Assembly (NCBI GenBank): GCA_037447605.1
Contig: CM074806.1
Span: 2,976,001 to 3,040,000, forward strand
Direction of reading: 5' to 3'
Length of the DNA: 64,000 bases
DNA from: Zygnema circumcarinatum SAG 698-1b
Taxonomy: Eukaryota > Plantae > Zygnematophyceae
Numbering within the stretch: the stretch's first letter is position 1; each line of letters opens with the position of its first letter. Position numbers and translations under genes: made by a program. Positions 51,957-64,000 of this stretch are shown here, piece by piece. The notes below the pieces were generated by a model. That model saw only the letters and a list, made by a program, of their open reading frames with translations, made no database searches and was not told the origin of the DNA.

Positions 51957-52266
51957 TCCAACGGTGTAAACGCAGCAAAATGCCTTGTGGCCAATCCAAC
52001 GGTCAAACCGACGTGTACTACCATGTGGCAAGTCCAACGGTGAATCACCGAAGCTGCGTGCGTGACGAATTCAACGGTCGAACGCCGCACAATGCCACGT
52101 GGCAAATCCAACGGTCGATCTTTGTGGAATGCCAGGTGGTGCATCTAACGATCAATTCCCGAAGATTGCTCCTTTGGTAATCCAACGGCCTAAACGCGGC
52201 GAACTGCCAGGTTGCTAATCCAACGGTCAGTCCTTGAAGATGCCGCACTCTCAACGGTCCAACGGT
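51957..52266. promoter_or_regulatory. ~37-bp-period array of MSA-like TCCAACGG motifs upstream of SAE2
   Basis: (T/C)(C/T)CAACGG occurs at 51957, 51995, 52033, 52070, 52107, 52181, 52219, 52250 and 52258. Several are preceded by G-box-like GCCA(C/T/G)GTGGC sequence. Confidence 0.55.
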
Positions 52267-52446
52267 CAAATTAAGTTGACCTGAATAAGACTTAGTCTGA
52301 CCATGGTTACTTTGTCCGACCTTAGTCGCTCGCTGTAGGCGGAAGGGAGTCACTGCTCTGCCATCCCTCCCTCCAGCTCGTGCGCAGGGGGACTTGGCAG
52401 GGCAGGGCAGGCCGTAGCCCTCCTGCCTGTCGTGACCGAGGCAGCC

Positions 52447-55400
52447 ATGGCTGCTCCCGTTACGGAGCTGGAGGCCATCAAGGTAAGCAAGCACATATTT
52501 TCTCCTGCAAAAATGACATTTCTCTCTGCCCCTTCCTCGACCATGGGCGCAAGGGAACCCAGGGCCACAGGCAGAAGCGGGGTCCCTTCTCTTCTGCAGT
52601 GATGCGAGGGTTCAAGTTATGACGCTTGGCAAGTTTGTGCTAGTGCCACATGCATCTCCAATTCCGTCGTTTTACAATTAGAGATTCTGGAAAGTTATCA
52701 TTGCGACTTTTGTAATTTGTTGAGAGGAAAGTGAAGTTGATGTCCCTGGAGTTGCAGATCGCATGGTAACTAGAAGCAAGTGCTCTTGGATGTTGATATG
52801 CACTTCGCCCAACTGCACCTAGAATAATGTCTCTACTAAAAGTGACATTCAAGAAAGGGATTTTTTCACCCATGTCTTATGGTGCAATGCATGGTGCAAA
52901 TAACAGTCTGACAACAATAATCGTGTTTGTTTTTGGATTATTAAATTTGAAGAAAGTGGTATAATTTTTTATTATCAGGAGAAATGACTTCATCAGGACG
53001 AGCTTAACGCATGTCAGCATGAAGTATTCTCAAATCATCATGAAACCATGTCACGTCAATCAATTTAAGGCTGTGTATGTCAGGTTCTGCATCCATAAAT
53101 TACGATTATGAAAATGGACATTATTTTGTTAGCGTATCAGTATTTGATAGTTAATGTGCCCTTTCAAGGACTTTTGTTTGCTTTTGCAGGAGGCACGCGT
53201 TTTGATGGTTGGAGCAGGAGGGATAGGCTGTGAGCTACTAAAGACACTCGTCATGACGGGATTCCGTGACATTGAGCTAGTATGTGTTGCCATCTTCCGA
53301 GCTATTGCAAAATGTCGAATCAAAGTAAAGCAATTGAGGCTTGATTTGCTCAAGAGGACTATTTGATCATGTTCTGTGTACCTTCTTTACTTTCTGCAAT
53401 CGTTATTTGTACTATCCCGATTGCTGTTGCGCCCATTAGGGCAGTGAGAATCGCAAGGCATGACGAGTGCTTGAGTATTATCTCTTCAGCTTTTGTCTTG
53501 CATAGATAACTGCAAAGGTGGAATTTCTCGCTAATCAGGAGGACAATGAATTATCTAGGTGACTCGTCTGAGATGGTTAAATGAACTTGTAAACTCTCCA
53601 AAGCATCAATATGGAGATAACCTTTATTACTGAGCTGCTATACTGGGCGTTCGGCTTCTGGGTCTTTATTTTGGATGTACATTTATCTATAATGTTATGG
53701 CTCATGAAAAGTTGCGCTTGACTAATGCAGATAGACCTTGATACGATTGATGTCAGCAACCTTAATCGCCAGTTTCTTTTCCGAAAGCGCCATGTTGGCA
53801 TGTCTAAGGCCAAGGTATGTCATTCTCTTTCTCTTCCATTCTCTTGTTCACTTTCTTCCTTTCCGACTGACAGTACTGGATTAGAATGCCGCGGCAGAGA
53901 GTATCTACTTGCTCTTTTTTTCTGTCCGAGGTTCCTTTTATCACATCTATCTTCCTTTCTGTGTCCATTTTGTGCACAATTCTAAGATTACAGTATTTTC
54001 TTAGCGTTTAACTCCAGTTTCATCAATGCTAACGTTTCTATTCGAAGATGGGTTAGGATTCAAGCATGATCTAACTTTTAACTACCTGTTATTTCTTTTC
54101 TGTTCGGTGACGTAGGTTGCCAGAGAAGCCGCTCTTAACCTTCGACCGGACACCAAGATTGTAGCACATCATGGAAATGTGAAGGATGCAGAATTCAGCG
54201 TTGACTTTTTCCAAAGCTTTGACGTTGTATTGGGAGGCCTCGACAATGCAGATGCTCGGCGTCATGTCAACCGCCTCTGTTTGGCTGCAGGGGTTCCGTT
54301 GGTTGAGAGTGGCACTACAGGGTATAATGGACAGGTACAAAGTTCAGATCCTTGAGCAGTATGACAAATGGTTGAGCAAGCAATTTATTTCTTCCATCAT
54401 GGCTTCCACTCTCTGTTGCGTTCAGGATGCAGAATGTATTTGTCTCATTGAACAGTCTCTGTCCTTGAATGGATAGATTTATAATCAGCCTGCTATCATG
54501 CACCTGTGCCAATGGGAGCGAACCTCAACTAAAATTATTCTTAAAAGGATGTAACAAGTTACTCAGCTGATCTTTACAGAAAAACTCATTCTTCACATCT
54601 GGCGCTAGTCGATGACGTAGAACGGCTTTTTGAGCAATTTCTAGTGGCGTAACGATGCGCGCACAGGACATGTCTGGGACCTCCATTGTGACATGGTAGG
54701 GATAGGTAACGAGGGCAGAGTCGTCTCCAATTTTGGAATTGCAGTGGATTTTTTCCCCCCCTTTTTCTCTTTCATTGCTAAATGTTATGGGTGGGAGAGG
54801 GTGGTGAACGTGTTATAGGTAGATGTTCACATCAAGGGACTCACTGGATGCTACGAATGTCAGCCGAAGCCAGTGCCTAAAAGCTACCCAACATGCACCA
54901 TTACCAACACCCCTAGTAAGGTAAAAGGTGGACGATTGTTTTCGGATGAGAAAGGAAGATGCCTAAAGATGTTTCGTACGAGAGCACTTCGGATTCTTGA
55001 GATTCCATTTTTGTACCGTTCTATTGATTTTTTGAATGGCCAGCAAATTCCCTTTGTGGAGACGATTATCTTGTCATTAGCAAACCATTGTTTGATGTCG
55101 TGAAAACGACCATCTCCTGCCAGTGGGACTCTGTAGATTTTAGTTTCTTTCTGTTCAATATGTAGTGAACAACTTCGCAAGTACATACAGCCATTGTAAC
55201 AGGTTGAGATGCAACTATGGTGCAAGTGCCAGGTATTAGATTCCATTGAACAAAAATATCGGAAGAAGGCTATAGTACCCAAGCAGATTGGTTCTTGTCT
55301 TCCTCCAGTTCAGTCGGAATAGGGTCGTCAGGGTAAAATAATGCTTGACATTCATTTGGTTCTAATTTCTACTGTTCAGCCTTTCCATCTCTAAATCGGT

Positions 55401-58400
55401 CTTCGGCGAATGTGGCTCTAAAGTGTGCCATGCTCTTCTGTGTTGTTCTCTTTCAATGGCAGCCAGTTCACTGCATAGTCTGGGCAAAAGAGCTACCATT
55501 TCAAAAGCTTTTTGGCGAATGTGGGCAAGCTAACGATCTCGATATTCGTACAGACGAAGAATCAGAAGAAGGAGATCGTCACTTTTTTGAATTGAGGGAA
55601 GGAGAGACAGGAATGCAGTTTGCCAGGAGAGTGTTTGACAGAATATTCGGTTTTAATATTGCGAGGACCTTAGAAATGGATGACCTGTGGAAGAATAGAG
55701 CACGGCCAACTCCTTTATATGTCAACAAGATTTTGCCGGGAACTGAAGATATTGTCAAAAGTCAAACCCATGACGACGAGCCTGTGGGAGGCAGAGGCAG
55801 TGCTGAAGGTTTAGTTGAAAGGAGAGTGACAGCAAGTGAATCTGGAGTCGTGGCAGACGAGAAAGTAAGTGGAAATGGAACTTCTGAGCACGAAAGTGCT
55901 GTTGCGGAGACTAGGCCGGAGGATTTGGGTGGGAGAGCGGAAAGTGGCACCGAATTTTCGGCGATGGCAAACTTGGGATTACGAAATCCTCAAGAAGTTT
56001 GGAGCGTGGAAGACAATGCGAGAATTTTTTTGGAAAGCGTCAGGATATTTGTAGAAGAACGGCGTAAGGTATGTAGGAGACATGGTGAGGTCCACAAGCA
56101 TGATGTGTAGGGATATTGTTGGAATTCGGAGAATAAACGGGTATGAGAATTGAATGCTTTCACTTCAACAATTTGCAATGTACAGTGTTGTGTCCGCAGT
56201 GTCAACAGAAGAGGGCTGCAAATTTATAGGCCTAATGTATTAAAGTCATATCCGTTCTTGAAGTTCAATACCATTCCTCCCTCGTCGCCCTGCTGATGCC
56301 TACGTAGTCCGGAGCAATTTTTTTGCTAATGCAAAATTCATTCAATTTATGCCTGCAGGAAATAGGAAGCCTCTCGTTTGATAAAGATGATCAGCTGGCG
56401 GTGGAGTTTGTGACATCGGCCGCCAATCTCCGAAGTCATTCTTTTGGCATTCCGACACAAAGTTTGTTTGATGCAAAAGGAATAGCTGGCAACATCATTC
56501 ACGCTGTTGCCACTACAAATGCGATCGTGGCTGGTCTCATTGTGCTCGAGGCAATAAAGGTCATCACAAAAAAGTTTGAGCTGTGCCGGTGAGTTTCATA
56601 TGAGGGATGTCGAGCTGATTCAGTTTGTGATAGTAACACAAAAGAAAGTCGTCGGATTGCACGGAGAAGTTCTCAAGCATTGGGAAGTTCTCAACGCTTT
56701 GCAACTAGGGTCAATTGTAGAGAGCCAGGGCTGGTCAGCAAAGCAATCCTAGCTTAAGCCTCATATAGACCCCCTTCATTCAGAACCGAAATCTAGTGAA
56801 GACTGTTAAGAAAAGAGCAACTTAACATAAAGTAACCTTTCTCTATCTCATTCAACAACATATGTAGATCCATAAATTGTTTTCACTCTTAAACGGCAGT
56901 GTTCATGCACTGCAGCCGTATTGGCCAGCACTTTGAACCTCATCTAAAATCAGATACCAGTATTCGCGCACCAGAAGATAGTGGATTGACCCTGCACCAC
57001 CTCATAAGCTGCCAAGAGGGGAAAAGTTGACCTCACAGAAAGAAAACAGTGCTTGTAGATAATCTCGAATGTCAATACTGATGGTAGGACAAAAGTGGTG
57101 GATGGATAAGGGCAGAAATGTGTGGTGCAACGAATTCCCGATGGGGCGTGGTTGTTTAGTCATGCCTGCAGAGTCTATTCCGCGCAACCCGAAGTGCTAT
57201 GTCTGCTCCCAGGTGGCTTCCAGCACTTGACCCCAAACCCCAACTCTTGGGATGCCTTGTACTTTATTTGAAGTTGGGTAAAGTCAAGTGCATCTAGGTC
57301 AGCCAATGACCTTGCCTGTAGGCGGAACGTCATTGTTTCGTTGGCAACACTAGACGTCTTCAAACTGCTCTGGAAATGCTTCCCACTGTCACGAGCAGTA
57401 TGCTCCCCCCTCTCCTCTCTCTCCCTCTCCCCCTCTCACTTTCACTCTCTGTTCCCTCTTTTTCTCGTGTTATGGCTACCATTAGTGCCATCATGTTCTC
57501 TTGCCTTCAATTAATTAGTTGCTATCCTTCACACTTACGTGGGATAGGCTGATAAATCTATTGACTACTTGAGGAAGGTTAAGGAGCCTATAGCCTGAAG
57601 TAATGTTTTATCGATATGTAACGTGTAAGGTTGCCACTGCGTTGAACATTTCCTCTCCTTTCACGTCCACAGGCGCCATTGTTATTGGAAGTTAACACGA
57701 GGTCGGCCACGTTAGGAGAGGTTCTGGACAAGATTGTGCGGCGGAGATTAGCAGTGTCCTCTCCAATGGTCACGGTGGGGAACAGTCTTCTTTATGAAGC
57801 GGGGGAGGACTTGGAAGAAGATGAGATACGGCAGTATGAGACGAACTCACGCAAGGTGGGCAGACTTAGTAGCCTGTAATTTCATCTGCTTCGAGCCAAA
57901 CAAGCCCTTTTTTATTGTTTGCTGCTTTCTAGCTATTTTGTTTAGCTTTTTGCTTTTTGGGCTCTTGATGTAGTGATGGAAGGATTGGTGTGGAAGGATT
58001 GGTAGCCCTCCCTAACCCCGATTACCTCGTGTAGTGGGCACCGTGTTCCAACTTCTGCACGACAGCTTAAAGTGGTGCAATTAAGTCTGGAGTTTCAGTC
58101 TCGGAACGTGTAACACCCATGAACTATCGTGGGAAATACCTTTTCCGCCGTCACTTTTAATGTCGACCTTCCTCTATTGTGAAGGGGAGGAGCTCTGAAT
58201 GCTATCCATCACCTATATAGTTGTTATCCCGAGTGCTGTCTCAAATTCGTAGTTAAGAACCTTTACTTTGGAGCAGATTATCATCCCATTTTTCGTGATT
58301 AAAGTTTGATTAATTACAGCGCCTGCTTTGTTGGGTTCAACAGAAGCTGATTGATTTTTCAGTACCCATCAAAAGCGGATCAGTGATATCTATTGAGGAC

Positions 58401-59108
58401 TACCATCAACAATTCAAATGCGCACTTCATGTGAAGCACAGGTATCGCAAATATGCCACAACTGTTAAGCATCATCCAATGTTTATGAAGCGAAGATTTA
58501 TTTTAATAGGACATTGTACTCGCGTTGGTGTCTCAACAGCAGCCACGTTGAAGGGAAGACTTTCAATTATTGGCAAGTTCTGAATGAGCTATTTTGCATG
58601 TGGATCATGTTTTGTCGTCATATTGTGGAACGATGGGCAAACATTAAGAATCTGCTGCCTGCGTCTCCTCTCCTCCTATGCACGTCTGAGTCTGAGTCTG
58701 AGTCTGAGTCTTGATTCTGAAGGTTGTCAATAACTTACAGTGGTCCATATGATTTGTCGTTTTAGTGATTCTGAAAAATGATGTGTGTGCTGTGACGAGA
58801 CAGGCCATGCATGGAACATAATTGGTTACATGATTATTGATGTCTATGAAGAATGGGTGTGCTGTGGCAGAGAGGATTTCAATGATGAGACGGAGCCCGA
58901 AGGCATGGTTCTCCATGGAGAGGTTTCAAAAGCTCTCGAGGCAGCGGACACCAAGGAGGGCGAGGGAGCAGGGAAGGAAGAAGAGGCTGACGAGGAGGAG
59001 ATCGAGGTGTGGTCACAAGAGGCTGCAGGGGATGGAAGCAAACGAAAGAGGGAAGGCGATGGCGGTGAGAAGGGCAAGAAAAGGAGCAAAGCCGGAAGCA
59101 GTTCTTGA
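52447..59108 (+). CDS. SAE2: SUMO-activating enzyme subunit 2 (UBA2/SAE2), multi-exon
   Basis: [12 protein letters not shown] | [25 protein letters not shown] | [28 protein letters not shown] | …[32 protein letters not shown] | [25 protein letters not shown] (catalytic Cys) | [10 protein letters not shown]… | [21 protein letters not shown] | RNPKCYVCS | UFD region. An acidic/basic tail ends at stop 59108. Confidence 0.95.
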
Positions 59109-60211
59109 AGTACGCCGCGATTTGACAAAGGCATTTTTGATGCGGGCTTGCCAACGTCAACTGGAGCGTCGTTAAGGGCGTGCTAGGGGGTCAAGTCTTC
59201 ATCCAGAACGTGACATTTTTTTGTGACATAATTGCCGGCGCAGTTCCAACGTAAATAGAATGGTCGAGAGCTAAGTTGGGATGTGAAGGCTCCTTCGGCT
59301 CAGCATTGGACAAGCGTGTCGTTTCAGCAGGGGTTTTTTTGCTTTCCAGTTGTGAGAAATGCAGTTTCTGGCACGTCGTTATGGAAGCGTGTTAAGCATG
59401 TCCTATTGGCGCTCAGAGGCAGCTCTGTGACTGGTGGCAAGGCCGTGTGATTTGCTTTGGCCATGGCGAAACGAGATGGGGCTAGCAATGGGTGGGCGCC
59501 TCAGGCGTAGGACTTTTGCATGGCACTTGGTTTGAAGTTGTGAAACATTCGGCCGCCAAGTCGACTTGGATTGCCACTTCCTCTTGGATTTGTGCGAACA
59601 GGATACATCGCTGCATCGATGAATGAGCGGCGAAAACTTGGGACGAAACTTGAAAATTGATGACGCCAGCGGGGCGAAAGTCCATTATTCCAGTGTGCCG
59701 CAGTTTGCAGTGCTGACGTCATGTTTCCCGCTGGTCCCTGCAGGTGCCCAAATGGCGGCGGGCTGCCAGTTGTACGGAAGCAGTCATGCGCGAGTTCAAA
59801 ATGCGTACGGCCGACAGCCATGATCGCGTCCGTATAGTCGACGCCGACAGGTCCGTCCGTACAGCCTACAGCGACTGCCCGACGTTGACGGTCCACTAGA
59901 TATTCTTTGCAAAAAACGTTTCAAAAAATGCGGTTCCGAATTCCAAAAAACAAAACTCTAACCGACTCTAGCCAATTGCAGCTTCCCGCTGCGCATGCGG
60001 CTCCTATTGTGCCTCGAAAAAAAACATCTTGAAAACCTTTTAGCCCATGCTTTGCCCCTGCCCGCTCGAGGCACCTGCCCGCTGGAAAACGTTTGTGCCT
60101 GCCCGGCTTCTGTTCCCGCGTCCATTCCGCCCTCCCTCCCTCCCTGGCAGGCCTGCCTGCAGCCGTCTGCCCCGACATTCCCTGCTCGCCTCTGCTCTCG
60201 TCCGGGCCGCC

Positions 60212-63200
60212 ATGGCGCCCCCATTCCGCGGCGCCCCGCGCGTGCGGCCGATGGTGCTCGCGGGCATTGCGGCAGCCGCGGTGCTTTTCTTCTCCGGCTC
60301 CCTGAGCACGCGAGCCTCCACTGGCGCGACGCAGGCCAAGGTCGGGGCTCTCGCCTGCACGCTGTCCCTCCTCGCTCTGCCGGATCTTCATCGCGTTGTT
60401 CTGCTGGAGTATTTTTTGTTCTTTGCCTCTTCGTTCTTTTGTTCGTTTCCTTCTCCTTGTGCTGGCTCTTCTCTCGCTTCCGTCTCCCCTTCGTTTTCTC
60501 CTTCCGTCCCGTTCACTGTCTTCTCTCTGGCTGGTCACTCTTTCCTAGAGGTGAGATTTGGAAAATGGACCTGGTTGTTTTTTCGTGGCACTTGCCTGGA
60601 TCTTAACGAGCTCCCGTGTTTTGAGACGCAGGAAGATCACTAATCCTTGTATCTGTCATTTACAGGGGAGGACGCTGAAGCATGTGGAGTCAGAACTCTC
60701 CGCCTCGCTGCAGAGACTTGCGGCTAATGAAATCATAGTTGGTTCCAGGGAATCTGAGGTGAATGACAATGGCCACGTCGAGGGAGTAGATGGCGTAGAT
60801 GATGATGAGCTTCAAGGGGCACAGCGAAAGCTGGAAAGTGACAATGGAGGAACTCAGGTGGACGAGAAGGCAACTCAGGTGGATGAGAAGGACAATGGGG
60901 GAGAAACATCATCCAATGCCAATCAGGAAATGACCGACGCTGGGAAGGTGGATACCAGAAGTGAAGGACAAGAGGCTGTGAATAATGCAGGTGAGAAAGA
61001 AACCACACAGAACAATCAAAGTAATGAGGGCAATCGCCAAGAGGGCCCAAAAGATGATGAGGGAGAAAGGAGGGAACTTGCCGAAGGGGACGATCAAGCA
61101 GAAGCGGAGAATCAAAAAGAAGGGGACAGTGAGGGGACGGCTGATGGTGCTGAGGAAGAGAAGCCTGCAGAGCCGGCAGCTGGGGAATCCACACAAAGTG
61201 AAGCTAATGGTCAGTCTTCTACTGGAGGCGGAACAGCTCCGCAAAAGAAGAGGTTCACTTTGGGCCCCAAGATTCGAGGTGAGGAGTCACGTGCAATAAC
61301 ATTTCACTCTTGAGGTCTTGCCCTCCTCCTGTTGTGTGTTTATGGATGATCTTGATTGGAAACCTGTCGGACTGGTGTGGATTATATCATGTCTTCGTGC
61401 CTGCCACACAGAACCGCATAGTCTCAAGTGGGCCGTGCGGTCATTGGCAGGCAGAGAGTGAATTGAGTGTATCGCGTCATACAGCCTGACTGTGGTTGTA
61501 TTTGATCGAGTAACATGCGGACATCTAGAGAGCTTTTTTTTTTCCTTCCTGACACACTCAACTATGTCAAGGAATTGGAATGGAGTAAGTCGATCTAAAG
61601 GTTTCAATTTGTCGTGGATGAATTCTCCAGTTTTGAGTGGTAACTTTTTATTGTTTCATCTGCAGACTGGAATAAGCAGCGACAGGCATACATTTCTTCG
61701 CACCCTGGATGCAATCAGACAAGATTTGGGAAGCCTCGGGTGATGATTGTGACAGCGACAGAGCCAGATCAATGCATGAACGCTGTAGGGGACTACATGT
61801 TTCTCAAATTTACAAAAAACAAAATGGATTATGCAAGGCTGAAGGATTATCAAGTGTACTGGGCTCAAGGAATTCTTCGGGATGATTTTGACATTTATTG
61901 GTCAAAGCTCCCACTGTTGAGGACACTTATGCTGGCTCATCCCGAAGTTGAATGGTTTTGGTGGTTGGATTCAGATGCTATGATTACAGGTGAGTTGCTT
62001 GGCCTGTACTGGAAATTGCTAGTTTAAGTGTTCCGAATTTTTTAGAGCTTTTGGTGCGGGTCACAAAGGACCTTGACTCCAGAGTAATGTCGAAGAGGCA
62101 ATAGTCACTTGGAGTGGGAAAAAGGGAACCTTGTTAAGAAAGAGCAGGTGTACCGCAAGACTTGATCGCGGCCTGTGAGAGCATTTTCTTTTTTTTGTTA
62201 TGGTGGAAACAGACATGTCTTTCGATATTCCGTTCGAGCGATATGACGATTACAACCTCGTCATTCATGGCTGGAAGGAGATGGTATACGACATTAAGGA
62301 TTGGTGAGCGGCTGCTTTCCTTTTGAATCCGGCTTTTGATCCAAGCTTTCACAGCAGCCCTAAAGATTTGGTAAAAACTCTAGTAGATTTCTTGAAGCAT
62401 TGATTAAACCTAGGACTATCATAGGGATTCGGAGGATCAACTTCTCTGCATAATCTTTTTTCTTATAGCTGACTTATCTAGCGTGTGCTTACAATGGGAA
62501 AGCGCTTCTGTTTTTGGAAAAAAATTGTGGACTCGGAGCGAGTCTCATGCAGTTACTGTTGCTCTGCCAGGGGTGTATTCAATTCGCTTTTGTCTTAACT
62601 TCTCTGGTTTGTTGGGCCCAGGTTTGGCATTAATGCAGGAATATACCTCCTTCGGAATAATAGAGTATGCATCTCAATCTTTGTTTCGCCTAGCTTTTTC
62701 CTGTTTCCTCTCTTTGTTTGTTTCTTCCTCTAAGAATTAAATCCATAAAGCATGTTCACATCGCGTCCTTGTCTCGTCCTTCTAACTCATATACAGCAAA
62801 ACAAACTCGTTGATCGTTTGAAACGATGCACGGCCTGGTAACTCTGTTATTTTCTTATTTCTTACGCCTTTGGTTCTAACATCTCCACTTCGATTGTTAC
62901 AGAGATCGCTCGATTTGCTTGATGTGTGGGCATCATATGGGCCTAAAGGAGCTGTCCGGGACTACTGGGGACCTAAGTTCACCAAGATGCTCAAGGTAGA
63001 TATTTCGGTTACAGTGAACATTCATCTTCAATGGACATGGAGGCTTAAGGCAGCCCGTGTCAAAGCCATGTGCTTAAGGACTTGATGCGTTGAGCTCGCT
63101 GATGTGTGAGTGGTGAATTCTATGTTAAGCTTGAATTAGATTAATTTTGGTCTATCATGTCACCGTCTATTTAGTGTTTTGGGTTTGCCATTGCCCTACA

Positions 63201-63509
63201 GTCTAGAAAGTTTCACTTGAGCTAAACAGTTTCTCGTTTTTGCTGGTATTGCGTTGTGAACGTAGAAAAAGAGCAGGGCGTTGAAGTGAATTGGTTGACC
63301 GTTTTTTTCCCTTGTTGTCTTTGCTTCCTCGCCTTCTCATACACATACATGTTACGTTTTCTACTGCAGTCACGACCGTCAAACTTCGAGTCTGATGACC
63401 AGGCGACATTGATTTGGATACTCCTCCACCGTCGCAAAAAGTGGGGCCACCGTGTTCATCTGGAGAACAAATACAATTTGCACTCTTTTTGGGTGCCCAT
63501 GGTGGAAAG
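60212..63509 (+). CDS. GT34 glycosyltransferase (xyloglucan xylosyltransferase / galactomannan galactosyltransferase family), 3'-partial
   Basis: A type-II TM segment (VLAGIAAAAVLFFSG, exon 60212-60340) is followed by a long acidic stem (60665-61278). Then FTLGPKIR|DWNKQR…KPRVMIVT…KNKMDYARL…WSKLPLLRTLMLAHPEVEWFWWLDSDAMIT|DMSFDIPFERYDDYNLVIHGW… and SLDLLDVWASYGPKG…ESDDQATLIWILL…LHSFWVPMVER. No stop codon was identified in the window. Confidence 0.9.
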
Positions 63510-64000
63510 GTGGGTCATTTGCTCAGGGAAGACCTCCCTAGCAACCAGTAATCAGTTGTGATCTGTTTTCACACAAGAGACGTTTTGTTCTGCAATAGGC
63601 GTTTGTCGAATGAGAAAAGATAGTGACAGAAGGGACAGGTGAGATGTAAGGGCCTCCTGCTGCCATTTTCTCGTTTTCGTTTTGTCATATGAGTTTTACC
63701 GTACAATCGGGCTGATCTGTCGATAAGTTCGCTTTAGTTTAGCGTTGCGTAGTTCAGTTTTAGTTTTAGTTTGGTCATTAAAAAAAGAAAATGTGGTTAG
63801 TTGTCGAGCAGCTATGCTGTACTTGTGTAGATTTTTTGTTTAGGGAACTTGAGTCCTCGATTTAAGCTCTTGCAGTAGAACACGAAGATCCTAACACGGG
63901 TCCACTGCATTGGAGGTTTGTCGTAGGAAGCATGAGGTGGTTGTCGAGAATATTGGGGCCCACTTGGAGGACCCTAATTGACATTGCGTACTGCTGAACT

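Noticed and set aside
58686-58711. (TCTGAG)n short repeat
   Set aside because: An ordinary intronic microsatellite.
59630-59900. CGTAC-rich segment ending CACTAGA between SAE2 and GT34 as a Helitron end
   Set aside because: There is no convincing hairpin or 5' boundary.

Overview
Eukaryotic, intron-rich genomic DNA, most likely from a streptophyte green alga or early-diverging plant. This is inferred from a PAKRP1/KIN12-type kinesin, an XXT/GMGT-type GT34 glycosyltransferase, GTGNN-type 5' splice sites and long (CT)n tracts. Four multi-exon conserved genes lie on the + strand: a UBR-box/RING N-recognin E3 ligase of the PRT6/UBR1 family (~7.3-25.5 kb), a kinesin-12 (~28.1-40.7 kb), SUMO-activating enzyme subunit 2 (52.4-59.1 kb) and a GT34 glycosyltransferase (from 60.2 kb, probably running off the window). 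Between the kinesin and SAE2 is a ~10-kb accessory island (42.1-51.9 kb). It carries three intact copies (one on -, two on +) of a GC-rich three-exon gene that I do not recognise. The gene encodes a 229-aa secreted protein with two six-cysteine PAN/apple-like modules, each on its own phase-1 exon. The copies form an inverted-plus-tandem array with G-box/ABRE-rich upstream DNA. The intergenic DNA holds many non-autonomous DNA transposons whose ends and target-site duplications (TSDs) can be read directly: a hAT element, long-TIR Mutator-like/foldback elements, and a MITE family with 3-bp ANT TSDs. The first 7 kb are repeats, including a 42-bp palindromic minisatellite inside a TIR element, and may be of lower sequence quality. 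Exon boundaries were read by eye; no database search was run.
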